Positions 1 through 8,778 of a DNA stretch of 64,000 bases are shown one piece after another. Below the pieces are notes generated by a model. The model had not been told where the DNA came from and searched no databases. It was given only the letters and a program-made list of their open reading frames with translations. The translations under genes and the position numbers were made by a program. Source of the stretch: Candidatus Woesebacteria bacterium GW2011_GWB1_33_38 (GTDB lineage: Bacteria; Patescibacteriota; Microgenomatia; UBA8517); contig LBPF01000001.1 of NCBI GenBank assembly GCA_000990005.1, positions 90,315 to 154,314 on the forward strand, in the 5' to 3' direction. Numbering within the stretch: the stretch's first letter is position 1; every line of letters begins with the position of its first letter.

Positions 1-1236
1 TATTCAGTTTTAACTACTGGTAGAGACGAATGGGGAGAATTTATGCCCTTACATTTTCGTGCATTTGGAGAGTTTAAACTTCCTGTCTATATATACTCAG
101 TTGTTGCTAGCGAATTTATATTTGGTTTAACTCCTTTGGCTGTTCGTTTACCAGCTGTTATGTATGGACTTTTGTCAATAATTGGACTGTATTTAATGGT
201 ATATGAGTTAACTAAAAACAAATTATTATCTCTTCTTTCATCATTCTTATTTAGCATTACTCCTTGGTTTTTTATCTTTTCAAGAACAGGATATGAAGTA
301 ACTGCAGGACTTACATTTTTTATCTGGGCAATTTATTTATTGCTTCGCTCTTTTGAGCGAAGTAAATTCTTATTTATTATTTCAACATTCTTATTTGTCA
401 TATCTGCATATAGTTATAATAGTTTTAGAATACTAACACCAATAGTACTTGGAATTATTTTTATTTACCATTTATATAAACGACAATTTGTGGTTGTTGC
501 TCTGTCTGTATTAATTTTGATAGCAAGCGTCGTACCGTTGTATAAGTTGTATAAAGAAGACTCAGGTTTATCAAGATTACAAACAGTTGGGTCAAAAAGT
601 AATTTAGTTATAAATTACTTCAAAAACTTTTCACCCAAATATTTATTTGTAAGTGGCGATACCAATCTAAGAAGTCAGATTCCACAAACAGGAGAGTTGT
701 ATTATTTAGATGCTTTATTTTTAGTATTAGGAATTTTATACATTTTAAAGTCTAATAATCCGAAGTTATATTTAGTTTTAGGACTTTTATTAATAGCCCC
801 AATTCCAGCTACTATTACTAAAGAAAATCCACATGCCCTACGCGCTATTTTAATGAGCCCTATTTTATCTGTAATTTCAGCATTTGGAGTTTATTATTTT
901 TCTAGCCTTTTTACTAAAAATAAAAATATATTATTAACTATAATTATTGTACTTTACGCTTTGTCTTTTGAAGGTTATATGTATAAATTCGGGACGGAGT
1001 ACAACAATTTGTCCCGTTCGGCATGGCAACATGAGTACAAGCAGATTTTTGAAAAACAAAAAGAAGGCTGTGTTTCGGATGAGTTTGCCCAGCCTTATAT
1101 ATTTGCCCTTTTTTACCAAAAAGTAAATCCAAAGGAATTTATTACAACCCGTGAGTTAAATCCAGTTTCTGATTGGGGATTTTCAACAGTAAAGTCATTT
1201 GGAAATTTTGATTTTCCTAAAATATGCAAAAATTAA
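1..1236 (+). CDS. GT-C superfamily membrane glycosyltransferase (ArnT/PMT-like), 5'-partial. The reading frame is open from nt 1.
   Basis: No stop in frame 1 upstream of the ATG at 43, so the gene is truncated by the window edge. Many TM helices. C-terminal soluble domain (PYIFALFYQKVNPKEF...) is paralogous to the next gene's C-terminus. Confidence 0.6.
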   Translation, partial: YSVLTTGRDEWGEFMPLHFRAFGEFKLPVYIYSVVASEFIFGLTPLAVRLPAVMYGLLSIIGLYLMVYELTKNKLLSLLSSFLFSITPWFFIFSRTGYEVTAGLTFFIWAIYLLLRSFERSKFLFIISTFLFVISAYSYNSFRILTPIVLGIIFIYHLYKRQFVVVALSVLILIASVVPLYKLYKEDSGLSRLQTVGSKSNLVINYFKNFSPKYLFVSGDTNLRSQIPQTGELYYLDALFLVLGILYILKSNNPKLYLVLGLLLIAPIPATITKENPHALRAILMSPILSVISAFGVYYFSSLFTKNKNILLTIIIVLYALSFEGYMYKFGTEYNNLSRSAWQHEYKQIFEKQKEGCVSDEFAQPYIFALFYQKVNPKEFITTRELNPVSDWGFSTVKSFGNFDFPKICKN

Positions 1237-2765
1237 CTTATTTTTTTTTGACATTAATTGTTTTACTTGCAGTGTTTTTAAGATTTTGGAAACTTGATCA
1301 AATACCAGCTTCACTTAATTGGGATGAGGTAGCAGCAGGATATAACGCATATACAATTGCCAATTGGGGAGCAGATGAATATGGAAATAAGTTTCCACTT
1401 GTTTTTAAGTCGTTTGCTGACGACAAACATCCAGTGCATATTTATTTGACCGCTATCGTAGTCAAGCTATTTGGATTATCAGACTTTAATATTCGCGCAA
1501 CAAGTGCAGGCATAGGTGTTTTGACTGTTCTTTTTGTTTTTTTTCTTGCAAAAGAATTGTTCAAGAGTGATTTAGTAGGTTTATTTTCAAGCTTATTTTT
1601 AGCTGTTTCTCCATACCATATTCATTTCTCAAGAGGCCTGTGGGAAAATAACTTTGCTCTTTTCTTTTTAATAGCAGGACTCGTCATGTTTTACACTGGA
1701 ATTAGAAAATCCAATTATTTGATTCCCCTCGCTTTTTCTTTTTTTGGACTTTCGTTTTATTCATATCATTCTGCAAAAATAGTAGTTCCAATGGTTGTAG
1801 TTTTGGTTTGTCTAATTAATATCAAAAAGTTATTGGCAAACAAGACAGTGTTTATGTCATCTGTATTAGTAGTTTTTCTTTTTGGAATACTACTGATCAA
1901 GGATACTAGAATTTTAGGTTTTGCCAGAATTAATCAAACCAAATTAGCAAGCGATGTAAGCATTTTTGATAATTATAAAAAACATTTTACTTATTCATAT
2001 TTGTTTAGAAGTGGTGATCTGGGTCCAAGAGCATCAGTGAAAGTAATTGGTGAGTTTTACAAAATAGATTTGATACTTTCACTTATTGGATTACTCGTCT
2101 TAATAACTAAAAAGAAGTGGCAAGTCCTGTCCGTTATTGTTTTTTGGTTGATATTATCACCAATCCCCAGTGCGGTTTCATCAACAGAACCAAGCGCTAT
2201 AAGAGGAATTTTTATGATAGTTCCTGTGTTACTACTATCGGCTTCTGGAACAGAAGCTCTGATTGTGCTTTTTAAAAATAAATTGGTTCAACTTGTTATT
2301 GTGATGGCTATTTTGATAAGTTTGGGTTTTGAAGTTAAAAATTACCTTAGCTATTATCTAAACATCTATCCAGTTAAAGAAGCAATTGAGTGGCAGTATG
2401 GTATGAAACAAATTGTTGAATATAGTCAGAAAAATAATGATTTTTATAAAATGTACGTTGATAATATTCGTCAACAACCTTATATATACTTTTTGTATTA
2501 TTTAAAAGTTCCACTTCCTGAACTTTTAGCAACTGTAAGATATGATGAAAGTAATTCAAAAAGTTTTAATACAGTACTGTCGTTTGATAGATACCAGTTT
2601 GGTAATTGGAATATTATAGAAAGTTACCCTAATGAAGGAATTTTATACACGGTAACTCCCAGTTATTATACTGGTTTAAGACATTTACAACAATTTGATG
2701 TATTAAAATTAATAAAGTATCCTAATAAGAGTGATGCATTTTATATTGTAGGAGGGCATGAATAA
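1224..2765 (+). CDS. GT-C superfamily glycosyltransferase (PMT/ArnT-like, GT39/GT83-type)
   Basis: First-loop motif NWDEVAAGYNAYTIANWG (the DE motif of PMT/ArnT enzymes). About 11 predicted TM helices followed by a soluble C-terminal domain. Confidence 0.7.
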   Translation: MQKLTYFFLTLIVLLAVFLRFWKLDQIPASLNWDEVAAGYNAYTIANWGADEYGNKFPLVFKSFADDKHPVHIYLTAIVVKLFGLSDFNIRATSAGIGVLTVLFVFFLAKELFKSDLVGLFSSLFLAVSPYHIHFSRGLWENNFALFFLIAGLVMFYTGIRKSNYLIPLAFSFFGLSFYSYHSAKIVVPMVVVLVCLINIKKLLANKTVFMSSVLVVFLFGILLIKDTRILGFARINQTKLASDVSIFDNYKKHFTYSYLFRSGDLGPRASVKVIGEFYKIDLILSLIGLLVLITKKKWQVLSVIVFWLILSPIPSAVSSTEPSAIRGIFMIVPVLLLSASGTEALIVLFKNKLVQLVIVMAILISLGFEVKNYLSYYLNIYPVKEAIEWQYGMKQIVEYSQKNNDFYKMYVDNIRQQPYIYFLYYLKVPLPELLATVRYDESNSKSFNTVLSFDRYQFGNWNIIESYPNEGILYTVTPSYYTGLRHLQQFDVLKLIKYPNKSDAFYIVGGHE

Positions 2766-2782
2766 TAAAACAATTAATCTGT

Positions 2783-2805
2783 GACGAGTTACGGGTTACG
2801 AGTTA
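2783..2805. repeat. 5' arm of an inverted repeat flanking the four-helix-bundle gene (gacgagttacgggttacgagtta)
   Basis: Bases 2793-2805 (gggttacgagtta) are the perfect reverse complement of 3200-3212 (taactcgtaaccc). Heptamer-like internal reiteration (gagttac/gggttac/gagtta). Confidence 0.7.
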
Positions 2806-2813
2806 AACAAAAT

Positions 2814-3176
2814 ATGAATATTGTAAAATTTGAGGATTTAGAAATCTGGAAATCAGCATTGTTGGTTACAAAAGATGTTTACGATATTACATCTCAGGGC
2901 AAGTTTTCAAAAGATTTTGGATTAAGAGATCAGATTAGAAGAGCTGTGGTGTCAATTAGTTCAAATATTGTCGAAGGTTTTGAAAAAAGAAATAATAATG
3001 AATTTAGACGATTTTTAATGATTTCGAAAGGTTCAGCTGGAGAAGTTAGAAACCAACTTTACATTGCTTTATCGATCAATTATATAAACAAATTAGAATT
3101 TGATAAGATAAATAGCCAGTTGCTAGAATTGTCAAAAAGGATGGGTGCGTTCATCAGTTATTTAACAAAAAAATGA
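2814..3176 (+). CDS. four-helix-bundle protein (23S rRNA intervening-sequence protein family)
   Basis: FEDLEIWKSALLVTKDVYDIT...RDQIRRAVVSISSNIVEGF...RFLMISKGSAGEVRNQLYIA is the canonical motif set of this family. The ATG at 2814 is preferred over the GTG at 2781. Confidence 0.8.
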   Translation: MNIVKFEDLEIWKSALLVTKDVYDITSQGKFSKDFGLRDQIRRAVVSISSNIVEGFEKRNNNEFRRFLMISKGSAGEVRNQLYIALSINYINKLEFDKINSQLLELSKRMGAFISYLTKK

Positions 3177-4078
3177 TCAAAAATGTTAACTCGCCACTCG
3201 TAACTCGTAACCCCAAAACTGTGTTACTGTCCGTTATCCTAGCAACAAGAAACGAAGAAGAAAATATTAAACGGTGCCTGGAAAGCGTAAAAGATATTGC
3301 ATCTGAGATTATTATTTTTGATGAATATTCAACTGATTCTACTCGTGAAATTGCAGAAAAACTTGGAGCCAAAGTATATCTTGAAGAACATCATGATATA
3401 TTTCATATTACAAAACAAAAAGCACTCGAAAAAGCTAATGGAGAATGGATATTGCAACTTGATGCGGATGAAGTAGTAACACTAGAATTAGTAACAGATA
3501 TACTCAACGTTGTTAATGGTCAACTCGTCACTCGTAACTCGCAAACCGACAAACTATTTCAACGTCATCAAAAATTAATAGAACAACGTGACGGTCCAAT
3601 TGGTAAATCTACAGGTTATACGGTGGGCTATTTTATTCCCAGAAGGAATATGTTTTTGGGAAAACCTTTAATTCACGCAGGGGTATATCCAGATGGAGTA
3701 ATAAGATTAGTTAAAAACGGTTTTGCCAGATTCCCTCAAAAGTCTGTACATGAACAAATTGAACTTGATGGAAAAGTTGGCTGGTTAAATGGTGATTTAC
3801 TGCATTATGATTCACCAACTTTAAAAAGATATTTATCTCGTTTAAATCGCTACACTGATCTTCACGCGGAAGAGCTAAAAGTAAAGAAACTTCCTAATAA
3901 TATATTGTCTTTTGTTAAGTATGTCTTCCTAATTCCTACTTCCAAATTCTTGACTCTCTATTTTCGTCATCTCGGTTTCCTTGACGGCGTAAACGGCTTT
4001 CTCTGGAGTTTTTTTAGCGCCCTGCACTTCCCAATTGCATATTTTAAATATGTAACAGATAATAAAGATATAAAATAA
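3173..4078 (+). CDS. GT2 family glycosyltransferase (GT-A fold)
   Basis: LLSVILATRNEEENIKRCLESV...IIIFDEYSTDST...LQLDADE (DxD motif). The first 17 codons are encoded by repeat DNA, so the true start may be the GTG at about 3219. Confidence 0.75.
   Translation: MIKNVNSPLVTRNPKTVLLSVILATRNEEENIKRCLESVKDIASEIIIFDEYSTDSTREIAEKLGAKVYLEEHHDIFHITKQKALEKANGEWILQLDADEVVTLELVTDILNVVNGQLVTRNSQTDKLFQRHQKLIEQRDGPIGKSTGYTVGYFIPRRNMFLGKPLIHAGVYPDGVIRLVKNGFARFPQKSVHEQIELDGKVGWLNGDLLHYDSPTLKRYLSRLNRYTDLHAEELKVKKLPNNILSFVKYVFLIPTSKFLTLYFRHLGFLDGVNGFLWSFFSALHFPIAYFKYVTDNKDIK
3186..3213. repeat. 3' arm of the inverted repeat (taactcgccactcgtaactcgtaacccc); tandem heptamer actcg(c/t)(c/a) repeated three times
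   Basis: Pairs with 2783-2805 and begins 10 nt after the four-helix-bundle stop codon. Confidence 0.7.
3513..3533. repeat. third, direct copy of the 21-nt repeat (caactcgtcactcgtaactcg), lying inside the GT2 coding sequence
   Basis: 19/21 identity to 3186-3206. Encodes the peptide QLVTRNS, echoing PLVTRNP encoded by the copy at the gene's 5' end. Confidence 0.6.
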
Positions 4079-4079
4079 G

Positions 4080-4817
4080 ATGGATTTAAAAAATAAAATT
4101 GTGGTCATTACAGGTTCTTCAAGCGGGATAGGTAGAACAACTGCTATAAGATTTGCAAAAGAAGGTGCAAAAGTTGTTGTAAATTTTAATATTAATTCTA
4201 GGGGGGGGCAGGAGACTGTCGATGAAATTAATAAAATCTCCGAGGGATTGTTGGTACAGGCTGATGTTACAAAGCCAAAAGAAATAATTAGGTTGTTTGA
4301 CGAAGTCGTTAAAAAATTTGGGACAGTCGATATATTAATAAATAATGCAGCAATTCCAAATGATAAAGTTCCATATTTTGAAGCAAGTTATGAGGATATT
4401 GTTGAACTTGTAAATACTGATTTGATTGGACCAATGATGTGTTCAAAGGAGGCGTTAAAATATATGCAAAAACAGGGTTATGGAAAAATAATTAATACAA
4501 GTTCGATTAGGGGTGCAGAATATGGTGGTAGATCTGTTGTTTATGCTGCTTCAAAATCTGGAATTAATAGTTTTTCAAAAACCCTGGCTAAAATGGTTTC
4601 CCCAAATATTCAGGTAAATGCAGTAGCACCAGGATTTGTAAAAACTAGAAACTATGATGGGATGACTAAAGAACAAACCGATTTGTTTATTGCTCAAACA
4701 TATTTAAAAAGATGGGTTACAGAAGATGAAATTGCAGATGCATTTATATTTTTAGCAAAAAATGACGCAATGACAGGCCAAGTAATATATGTTGATGCGG
4801 GATTTACACTGAAATAA
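4080..4817 (+). CDS. SDR family oxidoreductase (FabG-like)
   Basis: VVITGSSSGIGRTTA (TGxxxGxG), NNAA, YAASK catalytic motif. Confidence 0.85.
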   Translation: MDLKNKIVVITGSSSGIGRTTAIRFAKEGAKVVVNFNINSRGGQETVDEINKISEGLLVQADVTKPKEIIRLFDEVVKKFGTVDILINNAAIPNDKVPYFEASYEDIVELVNTDLIGPMMCSKEALKYMQKQGYGKIINTSSIRGAEYGGRSVVYAASKSGINSFSKTLAKMVSPNIQVNAVAPGFVKTRNYDGMTKEQTDLFIAQTYLKRWVTEDEIADAFIFLAKNDAMTGQVIYVDAGFTLK

Positions 4818-4818
4818 T

Positions 4819-5037
4819 CTATTTTATAATTTCTTCTCTTGAAATTCCTGCCTCTCGAAGTAACGAAATCAGGGTTCCTTTTGGAATGTCGTTTAAATGC
4901 ATTGCAATAACTGCCCTTTTTCCATTTTTTGAATTAAACATTACAATATGACTCCCCGTTTGGTGATCTTCGATAAATCCTAATTTTTTAAGTTTCTTTA
5001 ATAATTTCTTTGACGTAAAATTTGGAAGTTTAGGCAT
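4819..5037 (-). CDS. hicA: type II toxin HicA (YcfA-like mRNA interferase)
   Basis: KKLGFIEDHQTGSHIVMFN...GKRAVIAMHLNDIPKGTLISLLREAGISREE matches the HicA consensus. Overlaps hicB by 8 nt. Confidence 0.8.
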   Translation of the reverse strand: MPKLPNFTSKKLLKKLKKLGFIEDHQTGSHIVMFNSKNGKRAVIAMHLNDIPKGTLISLLREAGISREEIIK

Positions 5038-5278
5038 ATGAAAACGGTATTGGTGTATCCATATTTATAGTTGAGAAGAATGAATGTTCATCGCTTGGTG
5101 CAACTTCCTCATGTTTTTTCAAACTGGCTAAATATGCGTTAATTGCTTCTTTAGCCATTTTTTTAGCTTCAGTTAAATTTTTACCATAAGTTACGCAACC
5201 AGGAAGCGAAGGAACTGAAACAGTAAACCCTCCTTCTGGTTCTGTCTTAAAAATTAAATTGTAAGTAACTTTTTTCAT
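5030..5278 (-). CDS. hicB: type II antitoxin HicB (UPF0150)
   Basis: YNLIFKTEPEGGFTVSVPSLPGCVTYGKNLTEAKKMAKEAINAYL is the classical HicB N-domain. Confidence 0.8.
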   Translation of the reverse strand: MKKVTYNLIFKTEPEGGFTVSVPSLPGCVTYGKNLTEAKKMAKEAINAYLASLKKHEEVAPSDEHSFFSTINMDTPIPFSYA

Positions 5279-5332
5279 ATAACATATATTTTAGAATAGT
5301 AAGTCAAGTAAAACAAGGTTATAATTCTTCAA

Positions 5333-6877
5333 ATGACTTCAAAGATTGAGATTAATGAAAAGTTTAAGGAGGCAATTGGTGCAGTTAGAGACGCGAAAAA
5401 TGTTTTTATTACAGGAAAGGCAGGAACGGGAAAATCCACACTTCTTAAAGTAATTAGAGATAATTTAGAAAAAAACCATGTAGTTTTAGCTCCAACAGGT
5501 GTTGCCGCTGTTAATATTGGGGGACAAACAATTCATTCTTTTTTTCGCTTTCGCCCTGATATCACAATTGAAAAAGTACAGAAAAAATATAAAACTGTCA
5601 AAAACCCTGAAATTTATAAAAATTTAGAAATTTTAATTATTGATGAAATTTCAATGGTCAGGGCTGATTTATTAGACTGTGTTAATACATTCTTAAAAAT
5701 GCATGGCCCTGACAAGGAAACGGCTTTTGGAGGTGTTCAACTTGTGTTTATCGGAGATTTATATCAGCTTCCTCCTGTTGTAACTTACAAAGAAAAAGAA
5801 ATATTTAGTACTATGTATGAAAGCCCTTACTTTTTTGATTCCAAAGCTTTTAAAGAAACCAAGTTTATTTTGATAGAACTTGAAAAAATTTATAGACAAA
5901 CCGAAGAAGATTTTATTAAAATTTTAAATGCCGTCAGGAATAGATCAATTGACGATAATTTATTAACTCTTCTAAATAAAAATACAAATTTTAATTTTGA
6001 ACTAAAGACTGACGAAGGATTTATAGAATTAGTAACAGTTAATGCCAAAGCTGATGAAATAAATTATAAAAAATTAACAAGTTTAGATGGAAAGATGTAT
6101 ACCTATGAAGGAGAGATTACTGGAGATTTTGATGAAAAAGCCTTTCCTGCACCACACATATTGGACTTAAAAATTGGATCTCAGGTAATGCTGACCAATA
6201 ATGACAAGTTGGGGAGGTGGATAAACGGAACGGTTGGAAAACTAGAAAAAATTAAAAAAGAAAATGATATTGAGAAAATTTGGGTAAGACTTGAAAATGG
6301 AGAATTAGTTGATGTGGCTCCTAATACCTGGGAAATGTATAAATTTTCATATGATTCTAAAAATAATAAAATAACCACAGAAACGACAGGGTCATTTACA
6401 CAGTATCCAATAATATTATCTTGGGCTATAACAATCCATAAATCCCAGGGCAAAACTTTTAACAAAGTAATTGTTGATATGGGTAGAGGATCTTTTGCTC
6501 ATGGTCAAACATATGTTGCATTATCAAGATGTACTACACTTTCAGGACTTGTTCTTCGTGTTCCAATTAAAAAAAGTCATATTCTGCTCGACTGGAAAGT
6601 TGTAAAGTTTTTGACAAGTTTTCAATATCAGTTATCAGATAATAATATTTCACTTGATGTAAAAATAGAATATTTAAAGAAAAAACTTGACGAGCAAGGC
6701 TCGTGTGATATCACTTATTTAAAATCTAATGATGAAAAAACAAAAAGGACAATTTGGCCAAGAGAAATTGGCAAGATGGAGTATCTTGGCAAGGAGTTTA
6801 TAGGTGTAATTGCCGATGATGACCTAAGGGGTGAAGAAAGAGTTTTCAGAGTAGATAGAATTTTGGAAATAAAGTAG
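5333..6877 (+). CDS. Pif1/RecD-family 5'-3' DNA helicase with a C-terminal WYL-like domain
   Basis: Walker A GKAGTGKSTLL; VLAPTGVAAVNIGGQTIHSFF; IIDEISMV; FGGVQLVFIGDLYQLPPV (Pif1 signature). C-terminal tail ...EFIGVIADDDLRGEERVFRVDRILEI resembles a WYL domain. Confidence 0.8.
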   Translation: MTSKIEINEKFKEAIGAVRDAKNVFITGKAGTGKSTLLKVIRDNLEKNHVVLAPTGVAAVNIGGQTIHSFFRFRPDITIEKVQKKYKTVKNPEIYKNLEILIIDEISMVRADLLDCVNTFLKMHGPDKETAFGGVQLVFIGDLYQLPPVVTYKEKEIFSTMYESPYFFDSKAFKETKFILIELEKIYRQTEEDFIKILNAVRNRSIDDNLLTLLNKNTNFNFELKTDEGFIELVTVNAKADEINYKKLTSLDGKMYTYEGEITGDFDEKAFPAPHILDLKIGSQVMLTNNDKLGRWINGTVGKLEKIKKENDIEKIWVRLENGELVDVAPNTWEMYKFSYDSKNNKITTETTGSFTQYPIILSWAITIHKSQGKTFNKVIVDMGRGSFAHGQTYVALSRCTTLSGLVLRVPIKKSHILLDWKVVKFLTSFQYQLSDNNISLDVKIEYLKKKLDEQGSCDITYLKSNDEKTKRTIWPREIGKMEYLGKEFIGVIADDDLRGEERVFRVDRILEIK

Positions 6878-6890
6878 TTATACTATAACC

Positions 6891-7616
6891 ATGAACTTAA
6901 AAGACAAAATTGCAGTTGTAACTGGTGGAAGTAGTGGAATTGGACAAGCAATTTGTATTGCTTTGGCAAAAGAAGGCTGTAAGGTAGTTTTTACTTATAA
7001 TACAAATGAAAAAGGGGCAGATGAAACTCTTAAAAAGTTGAATGATGATAGTTATAAATTCAAAGTTGATTTACAAAACGAAGAAGATATCAAGAATTTG
7101 TTTGATTTTGTAAAAGAAAAATTTGGGAAATTAGATATCTTAGTAAATAATGCCGGATACAGTAAGAGTGGTGACATTTTTGATCTAAAGTTATGGTCTA
7201 GGGCGTTAAATACCAATGTCTTGGGTTATATTACTGTAATAAAATATGCAAAGAATATTATTAATGAAGGTAAAATTTTAAATATTTCATCAGTTTACGC
7301 CGAAGATAAAGTTGCGTGGCCAGGCAAAGCTGCTGATGCAGCATCAAAATCTGCAATCAATAATTTAACACGAACTATAGCTAAAGAATTTGCTCCAAAA
7401 ATTAATGTAAATGCGATAGCGCCAGGTTATGTTGACACACGACTTTGGGATGAGTTTTCACCAGAGATTAAAAATGAAGCAAAAACAGAGCTCTTGATTG
7501 GAAGGTTGATTAAACCTTCAGAAATTGCAGAGATGGCGACGGCCATTATTAAAAACGACGCAATGACGGGTGAGGTGGTGGTGGTTGATGGTGGATTATC
7601 TCTAAAAACAGTATGA
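6891..7616 (+). CDS. SDR family oxidoreductase (paralogue of 4080-4817)
   Basis: VVTGGSSGIGQA, NNAG, the C-terminal NDAMTGEVVVVDGG motif shared with 4080-4817. Confidence 0.85.
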   Translation: MNLKDKIAVVTGGSSGIGQAICIALAKEGCKVVFTYNTNEKGADETLKKLNDDSYKFKVDLQNEEDIKNLFDFVKEKFGKLDILVNNAGYSKSGDIFDLKLWSRALNTNVLGYITVIKYAKNIINEGKILNISSVYAEDKVAWPGKAADAASKSAINNLTRTIAKEFAPKINVNAIAPGYVDTRLWDEFSPEIKNEAKTELLIGRLIKPSEIAEMATAIIKNDAMTGEVVVVDGGLSLKTV

Positions 7617-8071
7617 AATTAACTGAAAAAGACAAAAAGGAAATACTTACATTTTTAGGAAAACACAAGTTAATGTCCTTAGGAACTTATTACAAAGAAC
7701 CTTGGGCTGCTCCAGTTTATTATCTATTTGACGATGATTTGAATTTTTACTTTGTCAGTGGAACTAAAACTATACACGCTCAAAATATTTTGAAAAATCC
7801 AAAAGTTTCAATAACAATAGCTGATAGTAAACAGAACCCTAATGGTAAAAAGGTAGGTTTTCAAGCAAGGGGTAATGCCACTAAAGTAACTTCTGTCTCA
7901 GAAATTAAAGATATAATTATTGTATGGAATAAAAGAGGGTTTGTTCCTGTAACATATAAAATATTTAAAAAAGTATGGAAATCCAGGTTTTATAAGGTAA
8001 AGTTAAATAGGCTACAGATCTTTGACGAAAATCAAACAGGAGTCAAAGAAGTTAGAAATTGGAAAATATGA
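7613..8071 (+). CDS. pyridoxamine-5'-phosphate-oxidase-like FMN-binding split-barrel protein
   Basis: Size and motif pattern (LMSLGTY...PWAAPVYYLFDDDLNFYFVSG...HAQNILKNPKVSITI) are typical of the PNPOx-like / general stress protein 26 family. Confidence 0.6.
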   Translation: MKLTEKDKKEILTFLGKHKLMSLGTYYKEPWAAPVYYLFDDDLNFYFVSGTKTIHAQNILKNPKVSITIADSKQNPNGKKVGFQARGNATKVTSVSEIKDIIIVWNKRGFVPVTYKIFKKVWKSRFYKVKLNRLQIFDENQTGVKEVRNWKI

Positions 8072-8778
8072 ATTTAAAAGGAAAAGTTGTGGTTGTAACA
8101 GGCTCAAGTGATGGCATAGGCAAGCAAGTTGCTTTAAAACTTGCTAATGAAGGAGTTTTGTTGGCCTTAGTAGCTAGAGATGAAGACAGACTCAAAGAGG
8201 TTAAAAATAAATGTTTAGAATTGGGATCATCCAAAGTTGAAAGTTATTCATGCGATGTTTCAGATAAAGATAAAGTAAAGGAAACAATTAATAAGATTTT
8301 GGTGGATTTTAATACTGTTGACATTTTACTTAATATTGCAGGTGTTTGGCAAGAGTTAAACAAATTAGAAGATATATCCGATGAAGAAATTGATAGTGTT
8401 ATAAACATTAACTTGAAGGGTGTGATCTATGTTACTAAACAATTGTTAAAGTACTTCAAAGAAAGAGATGAAGAAGCAATTATCTTAAACGTCTCGTCCC
8501 GATCTGGTGTAACAACTCAAGAAGGCCAATCGATTTATACAGCTTCCAAATGGGGAGTAACAGGATTCACTGAGGTTTTGAAAACAGATCTTAAAAATTC
8601 AAAAATAAGAGTAGCTACGCTTCACCAAGGAGGAACTAACACTAACCTATTTAGTAAAACAGGCGAGCATTTTAATCAAGATAAGTTTATAAAACCTGAA
8701 GATTTGGCTGACGTTATAGTTTTTATGCTCTCACGTCCTCCTCAAATTTGGCTTCATGATGTAAGAGTCGAGTATTAA
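8059..8778 (+). CDS. SDR family oxidoreductase
   Basis: VVVVTGSSDGIGKQVA, NIAG, YTASK. Confidence 0.8.
   Translation: MENMNLKGKVVVVTGSSDGIGKQVALKLANEGVLLALVARDEDRLKEVKNKCLELGSSKVESYSCDVSDKDKVKETINKILVDFNTVDILLNIAGVWQELNKLEDISDEEIDSVININLKGVIYVTKQLLKYFKERDEEAIILNVSSRSGVTTQEGQSIYTASKWGVTGFTEVLKTDLKNSKIRVATLHQGGTNTNLFSKTGEHFNQDKFIKPEDLADVIVFMLSRPPQIWLHDVRVEY

Noticed and set aside
934-1132. Two minus-strand ORFs (61 and 62 aa) inside the first GT-C gene
   Set aside because: They lie antisense within a well-supported membrane-protein CDS. Low-complexity AT-rich translation. Typical spurious ORFs of an AT-rich genome.
3154-3372. 72-aa minus-strand ORF overlapping the four-helix-bundle and GT2 junction
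   Set aside because: Antisense to two confidently called genes, with no motif.
5279-5332. Possible divergent promoters between hicB and pif1 (TATAAT about 10 nt before the pif1 ATG; TTGACT on the minus strand)
   Set aside because: The -35/-10 spacing is non-canonical for the minus-strand candidate, and such hexamers arise by chance in 30% GC DNA. Mentioned in findings but not called as a feature.
6181-6465. 94-aa minus-strand ORF inside the pif1 helicase gene
   Set aside because: Antisense to a CDS with strong helicase motifs. Hydrophobic low-complexity translation.
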